64,000 nt of DNA, taken from contig JAVVEA010000007.1 of assembly GCA_032250835.1 (NCBI GenBank), forward strand, positions 64,001 to 128,000, in the 5' to 3' direction. Within the stretch, counting starts at the first letter, position 1. The number at the start of each line of letters is the position of its first letter. The DNA is from a bacterium (GTDB taxonomy: Bacteria; SAR324; XYD2-FULL-50-16). The notes under the pieces were generated by a model. The model saw only the letters and a program-made list of their open reading frames with translations. It was not told the origin of the DNA and did not search any database. Below are positions 1-10,167 of the stretch, one piece after another. Made by a program: the position numbers and the translations under genes.

Positions 1-556
1 AGGTGCCGTCTGCGTGGCGCGCGATCAAGCGGATTTTGTAGAGGCCGTCGCCCATCAGGGTGCCCCGGTCATTTTTTCCGTCCCAAACATAACGGTGCTT
101 ACCGGCACTCGAAAGACCTAAATCCTCTGAGTAGACGGGGCTGCCGTCTTTGGCTTCGATGCTCACCTTCAGGCCGGTCATCTCTTGGTCTAAGTTATAA
201 TAGACCGGTTGCCCGCTGCCTTGAGTCAAGGCGACTTCATTGGCGTCTAACATCACATCCCTACCGATGAAGCTGAGGGCTTGATGGTTGGCCATGCCGG
301 ACTGCGTCTTATTCAAGGCCTCCATGCCCTTGTTTAGTTTTTCGAGCTGCTCCATCGCGCCCAACTGGGCCAGCTGCGCGGTCATCCCGGCGCTGTCCAT
401 AGGGCTGGTGGGGTCTTGGTTGGACATCTGCGTCATGAACAGGTTCATGAAGTCGTCTTTGCCCAGCTCGCTGTTGCCTTTGCCCGATTTGATCGCTTCG
501 TCGCGAAGGACCGATTGGGCATTGGCTAGGGTAGATCTGGTGGCGTCTAGTGACAC
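1..556 (-). CDS. flgD: Flagellar hook assembly/capping protein FlgD (3' end runs off window)
   Basis: Not in ORF track. Manual translation from GTG at 556 (AGGAGA RBS) gives ...SELGKDDFMNLFMTQMSNQDPTSPMD, the FlgD N-terminal signature; follows fliK. Confidence 0.9.
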   Translation of the reverse strand, partial: MSLDATRSTLANAQSVLRDEAIKSGKGNSELGKDDFMNLFMTQMSNQDPTSPMDSAGMTAQLAQLGAMEQLEKLNKGMEALNKTQSGMANHQALSFIGRDVMLDANEVALTQGSGQPVYYNLDQEMTGLKVSIEAKDGSPVYSEDLGLSSAGKHRYVWDGKNDRGTLMGDGLYKIRLIARHADGT

Positions 557-576
557 GGGTCTCTCCTAAAGGGGGA

Positions 577-1929
577 TTAGGCGTAAATGCTTACGTCGGA
601 TTCACTGGCCCGCTTGGCCGGTCCCGGTTCGGGGCTCTCGACAGACATGCGGGGATCAAAACCACGGCGTTCTTCAAGTTTTAATGCATTTTGGGTGCCT
701 TGCTGTTCACCCTGTTGGTTGGGCTGCTGGCCGGAATTATCGGCAAAGCCCTGGGCCCCAGCTTGCTCGTCCCGCAAAGAGATGGTGAAACTTTCCACCT
801 TCACCCCTTGGGCTTCTAGGCTCTTGGTCAATTCAGGCAGGCTCCGTTCCAAGGCTTCCTTGGCCGCGGTGGACTCCACTTCCATCTTGCCTCGATAGAT
901 TTCCCCGTCTTTGGTCAGTTTGATCTGCACCCGGCCCAAATGCTCGGGGCGCAGCTGCATGGTCATCTCAGTGCGTTTGGCGTTGAGCGACATCTTGATC
1001 TGCTGGCCCATTTCTTTGGTTTCTAGCTTTTCGGTATAGCGGGGCTGGGTTGCTTGGGCTTGGGCCTTAGCATCAGCGCGCTGGGCGGAGGGCTCGCCTT
1101 TAAGGCCCGAAAGGTTTAAGCCCGGCAGATCGGCGGCGCTACTTTTTTGGGCGACCTTTCCGCTTAACATCTCGGCGCGGGCCGCAGCGGCCTTAGCGAA
1201 AGCCGACTGGGCTCCTTGGGCTTGGTTTAGTTTAGCGACTTGGGCCTTGTTGCCCTGGGCACCGGTATCTTGGCGGTTTTGGTCAAACTGCTGGTGCTGT
1301 CCGCCACGCCTTGCCATCGCTCCGGCTTCGCCGCGGCTTAGGTCGGTCATCTGCGGATTAAAGGCAGACTTAGCTCCCTCAGACTCCTTGGCCATAGCAG
1401 CGGCCGGGGCCGCCTCGGTAAATTGCTTCTGGGGCTGGGCAGTGCCCTTGTCGTCCTGTTGAGACTGGGCCAAGGCGGGGTTGAAGAGGTGTCCCTTCTT
1501 TTCCATGGTCTTTTGGTTCTGGATGTCGTCGACCACGCGGCCCTGCAACTCTTCAATGCCCTTGCGGAAGCGGTACTGGGCCTTTTCTTGCCCCATCTGA
1601 CGGCCTTGGTTCTGCTCCACGGCAGATTTTTCCGACCATTGGTTCTCGATCTTGGCCGACTGCTGCTGTCGCTGGGAGACCATGTCAAAGACGAAATCCT
1701 GCTGGACCCGCTCTTGCTCCAGCTCTTTCTTGCTTTTCTTGTCTACGAACAGTTCGGCCGCTTCACTGGCCGGGCTGGTCTTTAGGTCCGCATTGGAAAA
1801 CCAATCCAATTCGGTCTGGGCAGCGACCAACTGACCGGTAAATTGGTCCAAATCAGCGGGTGGTTGGTTTTTCCGGGTGTCCGTCTGGACCTGACCCTTA
1901 TAATTAAAATTGCCTTGCGTCACATTCAT
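577..1929 (-). CDS. fliK: Flagellar hook-length control protein FliK
   Basis: Low-complexity Q/A-rich N-terminus; C-terminal MQLRPEHLGRVQIKL...ALERSLPELTKSLEAQG motif; upstream of flgD. Confidence 0.88.
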   Translation of the reverse strand: MNVTQGNFNYKGQVQTDTRKNQPPADLDQFTGQLVAAQTELDWFSNADLKTSPASEAAELFVDKKSKKELEQERVQQDFVFDMVSQRQQQSAKIENQWSEKSAVEQNQGRQMGQEKAQYRFRKGIEELQGRVVDDIQNQKTMEKKGHLFNPALAQSQQDDKGTAQPQKQFTEAAPAAAMAKESEGAKSAFNPQMTDLSRGEAGAMARRGGQHQQFDQNRQDTGAQGNKAQVAKLNQAQGAQSAFAKAAAARAEMLSGKVAQKSSAADLPGLNLSGLKGEPSAQRADAKAQAQATQPRYTEKLETKEMGQQIKMSLNAKRTEMTMQLRPEHLGRVQIKLTKDGEIYRGKMEVESTAAKEALERSLPELTKSLEAQGVKVESFTISLRDEQAGAQGFADNSGQQPNQQGEQQGTQNALKLEERRGFDPRMSVESPEPGPAKRASESDVSIYA

Positions 1930-2026
1930 GGAATGCTCCCTACCTGGATGATTTAAATGTCCTCTTCCCTGAGAACCAATGGCAAAGGGGCGGTCTCCAG
2001 ACCACCCAAGGTGCGAAAGCGCCTGG

Positions 2027-2626
2027 CTAAGGCGTTTCGCCTTTTCGTCCCTGTTTGAACTTGGTGACCCGTTCGGTAATGTCCACGGCCACTTTGGGTT
2101 CTAACAGTTGCATAATCGCCGATGCCTTACGCGGGTTCATCCGCATCAAAAGGTGCATCGCCGTGACCCGGTCCATTTGGTTGATGAACTGGGCGGTATT
2201 TTCTGCCGTCATGGTCTCGTAATATTTAACCATCCGGCTGATATCTTTTTCGTCTACTTGCTTACGCTCTGCGCGCATCACCTCGATCTTCTGGGCTAGG
2301 CTACGCATCTGTTCTAATTTCTGCTCTACCTGCTGGCTCAAGAGTTTCAGCTCGCCGGTGCGCTTGCTGAATTCTTCTTCTCGGCGCTGCAACTCGGCCT
2401 CGCGGGCCTTTAATTGCGTCAAGACCTTCACTTCAGATTCGCTGTAGCTGACCTCTTGGGTCCCGGCTGCGTCGCTGCTGGCGTCTGCGCTGGTCGAGAA
2501 GGTACCGGGACGGATTTTGTTCATCCAGCCCTTCATGGTGTCCATACCATAGGCGGGCCCGGTGCCCAAAACCAAAAAGGCCAGGGTGAAGGTGCATGCG
2601 GATTTGGTCCAGTTGCCTAACTTCAT
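2027..2626 (-). CDS. MotE/YlxF-like flagellar protein (coiled coil plus MgtE-N-like domain)
   Basis: Signal peptide, coiled coil, MVKYYETM...MNPRKASAIMQLLEPKVA motif; between fliJ and fliK. Confidence 0.75.
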   Translation of the reverse strand: MKLGNWTKSACTFTLAFLVLGTGPAYGMDTMKGWMNKIRPGTFSTSADASSDAAGTQEVSYSESEVKVLTQLKAREAELQRREEEFSKRTGELKLLSQQVEQKLEQMRSLAQKIEVMRAERKQVDEKDISRMVKYYETMTAENTAQFINQMDRVTAMHLLMRMNPRKASAIMQLLEPKVAVDITERVTKFKQGRKGETP

Positions 2627-3069
2627 GATCGTTGCTGCATGGTGAACAAATTGGTGGCGGTCTCGTCTAAAAACTGACGCTCCAACCGGGCCAAGCGCTT
2701 TTCATAGCGGTCCTTTTCCCGGTCGCTTAAGATCTCTAAGGTCTTGCGCTTTTTAGCGGCTTCGACCAGGGCCAAACGGGCCTTTTCGGTGGCGGCGGCG
2801 GCCTCTTTGCGGCGGGCTTCAAGGCGGCCTAGTTCTTGGCGCTTCTTAAAGCGAAACTGATCTAAAAATTTAAAGTCCCCCAGGTTGATTTGCCCGGCCT
2901 GTTTGGCTTGTCCCAACTGGGACGCAGAGGCGTCCATCTGGTCTTGGATCGCCGTCATCTGGGCTTCTATGGCTTGCAACACCGCCAGGCGTTGGGCCAT
3001 CTCTTTCATCTGGATTTTTTCCTGCTTGCCGCGCACATCAAGTGCGGTTTGCATGGAGAATTTAAACAT
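2623..3069 (-). CDS. fliJ: Flagellar export protein FliJ
   Basis: 148 aa; MFKFSMQTALDVR start and KRKTLEIL...ERQFLDE end are typical of FliJ. Confidence 0.88.
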   Translation of the reverse strand: MFKFSMQTALDVRGKQEKIQMKEMAQRLAVLQAIEAQMTAIQDQMDASASQLGQAKQAGQINLGDFKFLDQFRFKKRQELGRLEARRKEAAAATEKARLALVEAAKKRKTLEILSDREKDRYEKRLARLERQFLDETATNLFTMQQRS

Positions 3070-3109
3070 CGGCCCGGGGTTCTATGGGTTAACTTTCTTC
3101 AAAAGAGCA

Positions 3110-3127
3110 ATTCAAGGAACATGCCCC
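3110..3127 (-). promoter_or_regulatory. Possible sigma54 (-24/-12) promoter of the fliJ operon
   Basis: Minus strand GGGGCATGTTCCTTGAAT = GG-N10-GA (GA instead of consensus GC), about 40 bp upstream of fliJ. Confidence 0.3.
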
Positions 3128-3254
3128 AGCCAGGAAGGGTTCACTTTTCTGCCCCCAAGGCCCCCGGCTTGGCAAAGCCCTGCAAAGGGAATAACTTGAA
3201 TCACAGAACCGGTGATGCAAGAACCACAACCAACCTATAAAAACCAACCGCGCT

Positions 3255-3716
3255 ATGAACTGGATTTTCCGATACTTTTACCAACTGACTCTGGCCCTCT
3301 GGGTTGGGGGGATGACCTGTTTTGCCTTTTTGGTGACCCCGCTGGTTTTTTCAAATCTAGGCCGTGATGAGGCGGCTAAGATCGTGGGTTTTCTCTTCCC
3401 GGTCTATTATCCGGTAATGGCCGGGGTGAGCTTGGCGGCCTTGATCTTCTACTTCTTGCACCAAAGAGCAGAAGGCTTTTTTTATAAACTCGGGATTTTG
3501 TTGTTAGTTACTGCCGTGCTCATCAACCTCTATCAATACATTATCTTGTTCCCCCAAGCGGCCCAGCTCCAGGCTCAGATCGGCTCCTTTGAGGCGATGG
3601 CGCGGGAAAACCCCCTGCGGCAGTCCTTTGCCAAACTACATATTCAGGCCAACCTTTTAGGGTTGCTGGTCTTGATCGAAGGCTATGTGTTGCTGTTTTT
3701 CGCTGGCCGCAAGTAG
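3255..3716 (+). CDS. DUF4149/TMEM205-like membrane protein
   Basis: Four TM segments; LWVGGM...FLVTPLVF and FAKLH motifs. Confidence 0.75.
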   Translation: MNWIFRYFYQLTLALWVGGMTCFAFLVTPLVFSNLGRDEAAKIVGFLFPVYYPVMAGVSLAALIFYFLHQRAEGFFYKLGILLLVTAVLINLYQYIILFPQAAQLQAQIGSFEAMARENPLRQSFAKLHIQANLLGLLVLIEGYVLLFFAGRK

Positions 3717-4844
3717 ATGCAGGTTTTTGAGGAAGTTTTAGAGGCTCAGTTTATCGAGCGCCCCAACCGCTTTGTGGTCAAGGCCCAATTAGGGGAGCAG
3801 GTGGTCGAGGCCTATCTGGCCAATCCGGGCCGTTTGAGCGAGTTGCTCTTTGCAGGGGTGACCTTGCTGATGGAGCGCAGCAAAGGCCAAGGAAAGATGG
3901 ACTACCGGGTGGTGGCCCTGGCCCTAGGAGACTCAACCATCAACCTGCACACCCATGAAAGCAATGCCATGGCTGCTTGGTTGATCAACCAAGGCCATAT
4001 CCCTAGCCTAGCCGGTTGGCGGGTCAAGAAGCGCGAACAAAAGGTCGGCCACAGCCGTTTTGATTTGCTGCTCGAAAAAGACGGCGTGGAACGCCTAGGA
4101 GAAGTCAAGAGCTGCACCCTGTTCACCGAATCTTTCGCCCTCTTCCCCGACGCGCCTAGCGAGCGGGCGACCAAGCACCTCAAGGAATTGGCTGAATTAG
4201 CCCCCCCATCGGGGCCCAAGCCTTTGGTGTTATTTCTGGTCCAGAAGCAAGGCCTGAAGGCCTTTTTACCGGACTGGCACACCGATTTAACCTTTGCCCA
4301 AACCTTATTGGAGGTCAAAGACCGGTTAGAAATTCTCCCCATAGCGGTTGAATTAAAGCCGGACCTGAGCTTATCCCCCCAAACCGAACTGCTGCCGATC
4401 CCTTGGGACCTTTTGGAACAGCAGGCCAAAGACGAGGGGGACTATCTATATATTATGCAGCTACCAGAGCGCCAAGAAATTTCGGTAGGTAGCCTGGGGC
4501 CTAAGGTCTTTGAGGCAGGTTTTTATGTCTATGTAGGCTCCGCCCGGAAGAACCTAAGCCAGCGGTTAGCCCGCCACCAGCGCCTAAAAAAGAAGGCCCA
4601 TTGGCATATAGACTACCTGCGCGCAGCTGCCACCCACCACATGGCCTTGCCGGTACGCAGCCAAGATGCTCAAGAATGTGACCTCGCCCAAGCCTTAAGC
4701 CAACGAGCGGACTGGGAGATGCCGGGCTTTGGCTGTTGTGACTGCCACTGTGCCAGCCACCTGTTTGGTTTTTCTGCGGACCCGACGGCCCACCGGGCCT
4801 TTTGGGACCTGCTTTTCCACTACCGGGTGGATCGTTTTTGGTGA
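3717..4844 (+). CDS. sfsA: SfsA nuclease-family protein fused to C-terminal DUF123/GIY-YIG domain
   Basis: [32 protein letters not shown] (SfsA); [27 protein letters not shown] (DUF123-like). Confidence 0.88.
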   Translation: MQVFEEVLEAQFIERPNRFVVKAQLGEQVVEAYLANPGRLSELLFAGVTLLMERSKGQGKMDYRVVALALGDSTINLHTHESNAMAAWLINQGHIPSLAGWRVKKREQKVGHSRFDLLLEKDGVERLGEVKSCTLFTESFALFPDAPSERATKHLKELAELAPPSGPKPLVLFLVQKQGLKAFLPDWHTDLTFAQTLLEVKDRLEILPIAVELKPDLSLSPQTELLPIPWDLLEQQAKDEGDYLYIMQLPERQEISVGSLGPKVFEAGFYVYVGSARKNLSQRLARHQRLKKKAHWHIDYLRAAATHHMALPVRSQDAQECDLAQALSQRADWEMPGFGCCDCHCASHLFGFSADPTAHRAFWDLLFHYRVDRFW

Positions 4845-4924
4845 CAAAATCGACAAATTTCTTGACGAGGTCCCTTTGGCCCGGCTAAATAAACATAGTT
4901 TTTTAACACCTAACTAGAAAAAGC

Positions 4925-5152
4925 ATGGCCAGTCCTTCGGAAGTCAAAAGTAAGCTCGAATCCAACATCGACGGCGCAACCGCCGAGGTGGAAGACCTGA
5001 CGGGCCAAGAAAACCATTATTCGGTCCGCGTCACCTCTGCTGCCTTTTCAGGCAAGTCGATGATCGAACAACACCAAATGGTCTACGCCGCGCTGGGTGC
5101 GGAGATGAAAGAAGAGATCCATGCCCTGACCATCGCAACCGTAACCCCCTAA
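4925..5152 (+). CDS. bolA: BolA family protein
   Basis: HYSVRVTSAAFSGKSMIEQHQMVY...IHALTI; adjacent to grxD. Confidence 0.9.
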   Translation: MASPSEVKSKLESNIDGATAEVEDLTGQENHYSVRVTSAAFSGKSMIEQHQMVYAALGAEMKEEIHALTIATVTP

Positions 5153-5163
5153 AGGCTTCAAGA

Positions 5164-5514
5164 ATGCAGGCTCCTAACGAAATCAAATTGGAAAAACCGG
5201 CGACCCCCTTTTCTGCGAAATCCAACATTGAGCAGATGGTCAAGGACAACCCGGTGATGCTGTTCATGAAAGGCAACGCTATGCTGCCCCAGTGTGGTTT
5301 TTCGGCTCAGGTGGTAGAAATCCTCAAGCGCTTGGGCGTTGAGTTTAAAACCTTCGACATCTTGCAGGACGACATCATCCGCAACGAGATCAAAGAGTTT
5401 AGCAACTGGCCCACGCTACCCCAGCTTTACTTTAAAGGTAAGTTCTTAGGCGGTTGCGACATTGTGACCGAAATGTATCAGAACGGCGAGTTGGACAAAA
5501 CCCTCGCCTCCTAA
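5164..5514 (+). CDS. grxD: Monothiol glutaredoxin (Grx4)
   Basis: LFMKG...PQCGFS, WPTLPQLY, GGCD motifs. Confidence 0.95.
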   Translation: MQAPNEIKLEKPATPFSAKSNIEQMVKDNPVMLFMKGNAMLPQCGFSAQVVEILKRLGVEFKTFDILQDDIIRNEIKEFSNWPTLPQLYFKGKFLGGCDIVTEMYQNGELDKTLAS

Positions 5515-5528
5515 CCGGCCGCGTTCCT

Positions 5529-5568
5529 CCTGGTGTCCGTCGGGCTTAAACAACCGATGGGCACCGGG
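5529..5568 (+). other. Stem-loop downstream of grxD (possible terminator or stabiliser)
   Basis: CCTGGTGTCCGTCGG / CCGATGGGCACCGGG form a 15-bp stem with G-U pairs; no clear U-tract. Confidence 0.4.
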
Positions 5569-5638
5569 TTGGATTATGTCCCTGCCTTTTTTCCGCGTCC
5601 TGCGGCTCCTTTAGAGCAAATTTCTTCAAGCGCCTCAT

Positions 5639-6076
5639 TTACCACCACGCCAAAGGGTCCGGCCCATAAGCATTTTCTCCGTACATTCCGCGTGCGAAGA
5701 GCAGGTAGAGGTATACGAAGAAATTTATGACCGGCACCAGAATCAGCAAGGCCAACCAACCGCTGTTTCCTAAGTCATGGAATCGTTTGATCGCCATAAA
5801 GAAGGAGGCGATGTAGAAGACCGTGGTGACGAGACCCTGGATCAACTCACCAAACAACGGACCGCCCGATGAGAAGACCGCTACCAGAACCGCAGCGAAT
5901 GCAATGAAGTGGCCCTGAAAAAACCGCTTACGGTTCAAACGCCCCTCAGGAACAAAGGCCAGGTAAATTAAAAAATCCTTACCATACCAAGGCTGCGTAA
6001 AGGCAATAGCCATTCTTTGGCCAGCCGTTTTCTTCTTTGCGTGGTCCATTTCTTCTGTTGATCCAGTAGGTTCCAT
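5639..6076 (-). CDS. DUF805 membrane protein
   Basis: GRLNRKRF, IKRFHDLGNSGW and NAYGPDP motifs. Confidence 0.88.
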   Translation of the reverse strand: MEPTGSTEEMDHAKKKTAGQRMAIAFTQPWYGKDFLIYLAFVPEGRLNRKRFFQGHFIAFAAVLVAVFSSGGPLFGELIQGLVTTVFYIASFFMAIKRFHDLGNSGWLALLILVPVINFFVYLYLLFARGMYGENAYGPDPLAWW

Positions 6077-6209
6077 CAGGTCCTCATATATTAAAAAGGT
6101 ATCTCAACTAAACAAGTTTTTAATGCCCTCACCGCCCGTCCTTTCAAAGCGGCAACGCATGTTAAGTAAGGCGCCATAGAACTTTTTATATCCTACGATT
6201 TTTAATCCC

Positions 6210-6869
6210 TTATTTTATGTGACTAGGGCTCAGGGTCGGGCTTAAGCCCGCAGCGGTAAAGACCAGCAACCCGCTGGCCTGGGTTCCGTCGCGTAGCCAT
6301 TGCTGGCGCACCACCGAAGCCCCACGGGGCAGGCTGGCTAAAAGAGCCGGGGTGTGGGGTAATTCAGGCGAAAGTTTAAACAGCGCCTTTTGAGCTACCC
6401 AAATCCGCAAAAAGGCGGGGCTCCTTTCGTAGCTTTGCTGCAAAAAACGGCTCATTTGCAGGGTGACCTCTTCGGGGTCGCTGCGGTTGAGCTGCATTAA
6501 GTCTAATTCCTCGCCCCCTCCGCGGCCCACCCACAAAAGGCCGTAGTCCGCCAGTAAGGCGCGGTGGATAATTAAATCCTGCTTGTAGGCCAACTCTACC
6601 GACTGGTCCTGTACATACATCAAGACCACTTCGGTGATTTTCCCGGCTTTGGTCGAAAAGCTCAGGTCCATTTCCTGGCCCAACCAAAGCACCTTCTGGG
6701 CGGCGCAATAATGCCCTTGCGCAATGTGAGGGCACTCAAAAAGCGGAACCTTTTGGGCCGAAATTTCGGCCACCGCATCACCGAACTCAAAGTCACGAAA
6801 GAGGGGGACCCCCGCCAGCAGCGGGGCCGGAGCTAAGAAAGCCATGAATAAAAAGAGGAGGCGGGACAA
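6210..6869 (-). CDS. Hypothetical exported protein
   Basis: TTG start at 6869, just after the DGC stop, gives signal peptide (M)SRLLFLFMAFLAPAPLLA; no recognised domain. Confidence 0.6.
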   Translation of the reverse strand: MSRLLFLFMAFLAPAPLLAGVPLFRDFEFGDAVAEISAQKVPLFECPHIAQGHYCAAQKVLWLGQEMDLSFSTKAGKITEVVLMYVQDQSVELAYKQDLIIHRALLADYGLLWVGRGGGEELDLMQLNRSDPEEVTLQMSRFLQQSYERSPAFLRIWVAQKALFKLSPELPHTPALLASLPRGASVVRQQWLRDGTQASGLLVFTAAGLSPTLSPSHIK

Positions 6870-6873
6870 GGAA

Positions 6874-8649
6874 TTACTTGGTGCGTAGCGCTTTGGTGAC
6901 GCGGTTGCGCCCGTCAAGTTTTGACTGGTAGAGCGCTTCGTCGGCCAGCACAATCAACTTTTCGATCTCCATGTTCTCCCCGGCCGCCATGGTCGCCACC
7001 CCGATACTGATGGTCAGATAGGGGCCCACTTGGGAAAACTCATGGGGGATTTCGGCTTCTAAGATGCTCTTGCGGAGTTGTTCGGCCACCGTATAGGCCC
7101 CCTCCAGATTGGTCGAAGGCAGGATCACCGCAAATTCTTCACCGCCGTAGCGGGCCACCATGTCGATGGCACGCTTAACCACCGACCGGAAGACCTCGGC
7201 CACTTTACGCAAACATTCATCACCCTTAAGGTGCCCGTAGCCGTCGTTGTATTTCTTGAAGTAGTCGATATCCAAGATCACCAAGGAAAGTTCCCACTTC
7301 TCGCGGATCGCCCGGTTGCGCTCTTGGTTTAGGTATTCATCAAAGCTACGGCGGTTGGCCAAGCTGGTCAGTGCATCGGTCTTGCTGTATTCCATCAGCT
7401 TTTCGTTGAGCCGCTGCAACTCCGCTTCCCAAGCCTTACGTTCCGTCAGGTCCACCATCAAGCCAATAGACTGGCTGGCCTCGCCGGTTTCATGATCAAA
7501 AACCGTAGGGATTGCCTCTAGTAAGATAGGGACGTCATGGCCGTCTTTGTGGCGCATGGTGATCTCGTAGGAACCCCGCTCACCTAAGCGGCGCTTGACG
7601 ATGGCGTCCAAGAAGATGCGCGAGTTGTCGTCATCCACAAACATGGGATCTAAGATCGAGCGGCCCCGCATCTCTTCTTTGGAGTAGCCCAGCATATGGC
7701 AGAGCGCTAAGTTGGTGCGGCGGATGGCGATAGAAAAGCCCAACTCACGGTGCAAGAGGCTGCAAAACTGACTTTTGTCGGATTTTTCCAACTCCACTGG
7801 GTGGAAGTCAATGATCCAAGCACTTAAGGGCAAGCGCTCGATCAGGTTGTCTACATATTCTAGTTGATCTTGCAATTGCTCGTAGTAGCCGTCTTTTTCC
7901 TCTTCGATCAGCTGGCGCATGGTGACGTTGTGCACCGAAGCAATCTGGGCCATCTTGCCACCCAAGTGGATCTCGCCTAAGACCATATAGGCGTAGATCA
8001 CCAAGCCGTCTTTGTGCCGGATGCGGAATTCGTATTCGTTGGCCCCCAGACCTCCTGAATCAGCCTGGGCATAGGCGGCCAAAAAGGCATCCAAGTCGTC
8101 GGGGTGGATCAGGTCAAAGAAGCGGCGTCCGATCAGCTCCGCTTCTTCGAAGCCACAAAGTTCGCTGAAATAATGGTTGCTGTAGCGGATCTCATCGCCT
8201 TCAATGATCAGCACCCCCGACTGGATCGAGTTGAGCAGTTCGGTATGGGCCGCTTCGTCGAGGTGTAAAAAGCGGCCGCGCTCTTCCACTAATTTGTCGG
8301 CCCGGGCCATCACAAATTCGCGGTCTTGGTGTTTGAGGTGGGAAAAAGAGAAGGCTACCGCAAAGGACTCTGCTGTCGAGCGCTTGGGCTGGATTTCCAT
8401 CGACAAGGGCGAATGGTCCCCTCGCTGAACCAAGGCTAAGTGCTCGTCAAAGATCCGGCTGCCCAAAGGTTCGATCACCTGAGAGAAGCTCTGCCCCACT
8501 AGGTCTTCATGCCCATAACCGCAGAGGCGCGCAAAGGCGCGGTTGACCCACAATACCTCCAAAGAAGTGCCAAAGATCACGATAGGATCGATGATCGAGG
8601 CGACCAATTCAGCCAGCCCGGCAGGTAATTGTTTGGAGGCGTTGTTCAT
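6874..8649 (-). CDS. Multi-PAS diguanylate cyclase
   Basis: Three PAS-like repeats; DALTSLANRR, DIDYFKKYND, RxxD I-site (RAID) and GGEEF active site. Confidence 0.93.
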   Translation of the reverse strand: MNNASKQLPAGLAELVASIIDPIVIFGTSLEVLWVNRAFARLCGYGHEDLVGQSFSQVIEPLGSRIFDEHLALVQRGDHSPLSMEIQPKRSTAESFAVAFSFSHLKHQDREFVMARADKLVEERGRFLHLDEAAHTELLNSIQSGVLIIEGDEIRYSNHYFSELCGFEEAELIGRRFFDLIHPDDLDAFLAAYAQADSGGLGANEYEFRIRHKDGLVIYAYMVLGEIHLGGKMAQIASVHNVTMRQLIEEEKDGYYEQLQDQLEYVDNLIERLPLSAWIIDFHPVELEKSDKSQFCSLLHRELGFSIAIRRTNLALCHMLGYSKEEMRGRSILDPMFVDDDNSRIFLDAIVKRRLGERGSYEITMRHKDGHDVPILLEAIPTVFDHETGEASQSIGLMVDLTERKAWEAELQRLNEKLMEYSKTDALTSLANRRSFDEYLNQERNRAIREKWELSLVILDIDYFKKYNDGYGHLKGDECLRKVAEVFRSVVKRAIDMVARYGGEEFAVILPSTNLEGAYTVAEQLRKSILEAEIPHEFSQVGPYLTISIGVATMAAGENMEIEKLIVLADEALYQSKLDGRNRVTKALRTK

Positions 8650-8772
8650 AGCAGTTCCTGATAAGTTCGCGATTATAGCCCGGTATCCCTCCTTTGGCTA
8701 GTCCCGAGCAACACTTAGGGCAGCAGCCTTAGACAAAGCATCCTTGACACACCCCCACAGGAGCCCTAATGC

Positions 8773-9033
8773 ATGGGTATGAAACAAAAGCGGGACAAAA
8801 AAGGACCTGAAGGTTTTTTTAAAAGCCTCGAATATTCCGCCGTAGGGATCGAAGTAGGGTTGTCGGTCGCCGCCGGGGCTCTGATCGGCTATTGGTTCGA
8901 TCAATACTTCGGTACCGATCCTTATGGGTTGATGTTTTGGTTCCTCGCGGGCTGTGGTTCGGCTCTAAACGCCCTGATCCGCACGGTCAAAAACTTAAAA
9001 TCAGACAACGATGAATCCGGTACTCCAAAGTGA
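8773..9033 (+). CDS. AtpZ/ATPase gene-1 family protein
   Basis: GALIGYWFDQYFGTDPYG motif; first gene of F0 cluster; start may be 8779. Confidence 0.85.
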   Translation: MGMKQKRDKKGPEGFFKSLEYSAVGIEVGLSVAAGALIGYWFDQYFGTDPYGLMFWFLAGCGSALNALIRTVKNLKSDNDESGTPK

Positions 9034-9424
9034 CGGCGAACGCCGTCGATTAAAACGAACCAACTGGGGTTTGTTTGGCCTGATGATTTTGGTCGTCGGC
9101 GGTGGAGCGCTGGCCTTTGGGCTTGACTTCGGCAAGGGTGCGCTGGTAGGCTCCATCGTTGTGGCCATCAATTTTTATCTGTCCCAGATATTGTTGGCTC
9201 GGCTCTTTAAACCTGGGCAGGCTCGCTTTCCAGTCGCGGTCTTTTACATATTGAAACTAGGGCTTTCGATGGGCTTTTTGTTCATCGCCATGTCTCAGTT
9301 CAATATAGACCTCTGGGGCGTTATGGCCGGCCTTACGACTTTGCCTTTGATCAGTCTGTTGACCAGTTTCTTCGGAACCGCCCAGCCCGCCGAAGATTTG
9401 GCCAAAGACCAACCGGACCTATAG
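9011..9424 (+). CDS. atpI: ATP synthase protein I
   Basis: Four TM segments; directly upstream of atpB. Confidence 0.78.
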   Translation: MNPVLQSDGERRRLKRTNWGLFGLMILVVGGGALAFGLDFGKGALVGSIVVAINFYLSQILLARLFKPGQARFPVAVFYILKLGLSMGFLFIAMSQFNIDLWGVMAGLTTLPLISLLTSFFGTAQPAEDLAKDQPDL

Positions 9425-9427
9425 GAA

Positions 9428-10144
9428 ATGTCATCAGCAACCGCCTTTACCTGGGGCTCTATGGCCCAACCAGTCAACCATGCCTTAGAAGCCATGCACG
9501 TCGACGCCCACTTGGGTTTTGACATCCTGGTCACTTCGGCGGTGTTGATCACTCTGGCCGCCCTAGGCGGTGCTAAATTCCGCAAGACCTCTGTGGCCGA
9601 ACCCAGCGGAAAGCTGGATTTTTCCACCATGATCGAACTGATCGTCGGTGGGGTCTACGAATTCACCAAAGGCTCTTTGGGCCACAAAGCGCGCAGTCTA
9701 TTCTGGCTGACCGGCAGCTTGACCTTCTTTATCTTGTTCAACAACCTCTTGGGACTGGTCCCCGGCTTCAACCCGCCGACCGACCAGTTCAACACGACTA
9801 TCGTCTTGGGGCTGATCGTCTTTTTTATTACCCATGTCCTCGGATTCCAGACTCATGGGTTTGCCTACATTAAACATTTCATGGGGCCCGCCTGGTGGTT
9901 AGCTTGGCTCATGTTCCCCATTGAATTGATCAGCCACTTGGTAAGGCCCCTTTCACTGGCCTTACGTCTTTTCGGTAACGTCACCGGCGACCACATGGTC
10001 GGCGCGGTCTTCTTCGGTATCTTGCCGTTGCTCTTGCCGTTGCCTTTCTTGGGTCTTGGTTTGTTTGTTGCCTTTGTCCAGACCTTTGTCTTCTTACTCT
10101 TGACGCTGGTCTATTTCCAAATGGCGTTGTCACACGACCATTAA
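9428..10144 (+). CDS. atpB: F0 ATP synthase subunit a
   Basis: NNLLGLVPG, RPLSLALRLFGN, QTFVF motifs. Confidence 0.97.
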   Translation: MSSATAFTWGSMAQPVNHALEAMHVDAHLGFDILVTSAVLITLAALGGAKFRKTSVAEPSGKLDFSTMIELIVGGVYEFTKGSLGHKARSLFWLTGSLTFFILFNNLLGLVPGFNPPTDQFNTTIVLGLIVFFITHVLGFQTHGFAYIKHFMGPAWWLAWLMFPIELISHLVRPLSLALRLFGNVTGDHMVGAVFFGILPLLLPLPFLGLGLFVAFVQTFVFLLLTLVYFQMALSHDH

Positions 10145-10167
10145 TCCTATCGTTTTAGGGACTCTAC

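Noticed and set aside
1975-2026. GGCAAA plus hairpins with a GAAA loop between motE and fliK, superficially like a c-di-GMP-I riboswitch
   Set aside because: Antisense to the flagellar genes and lacks the GACGCAAAGC junction and P2 arrangement
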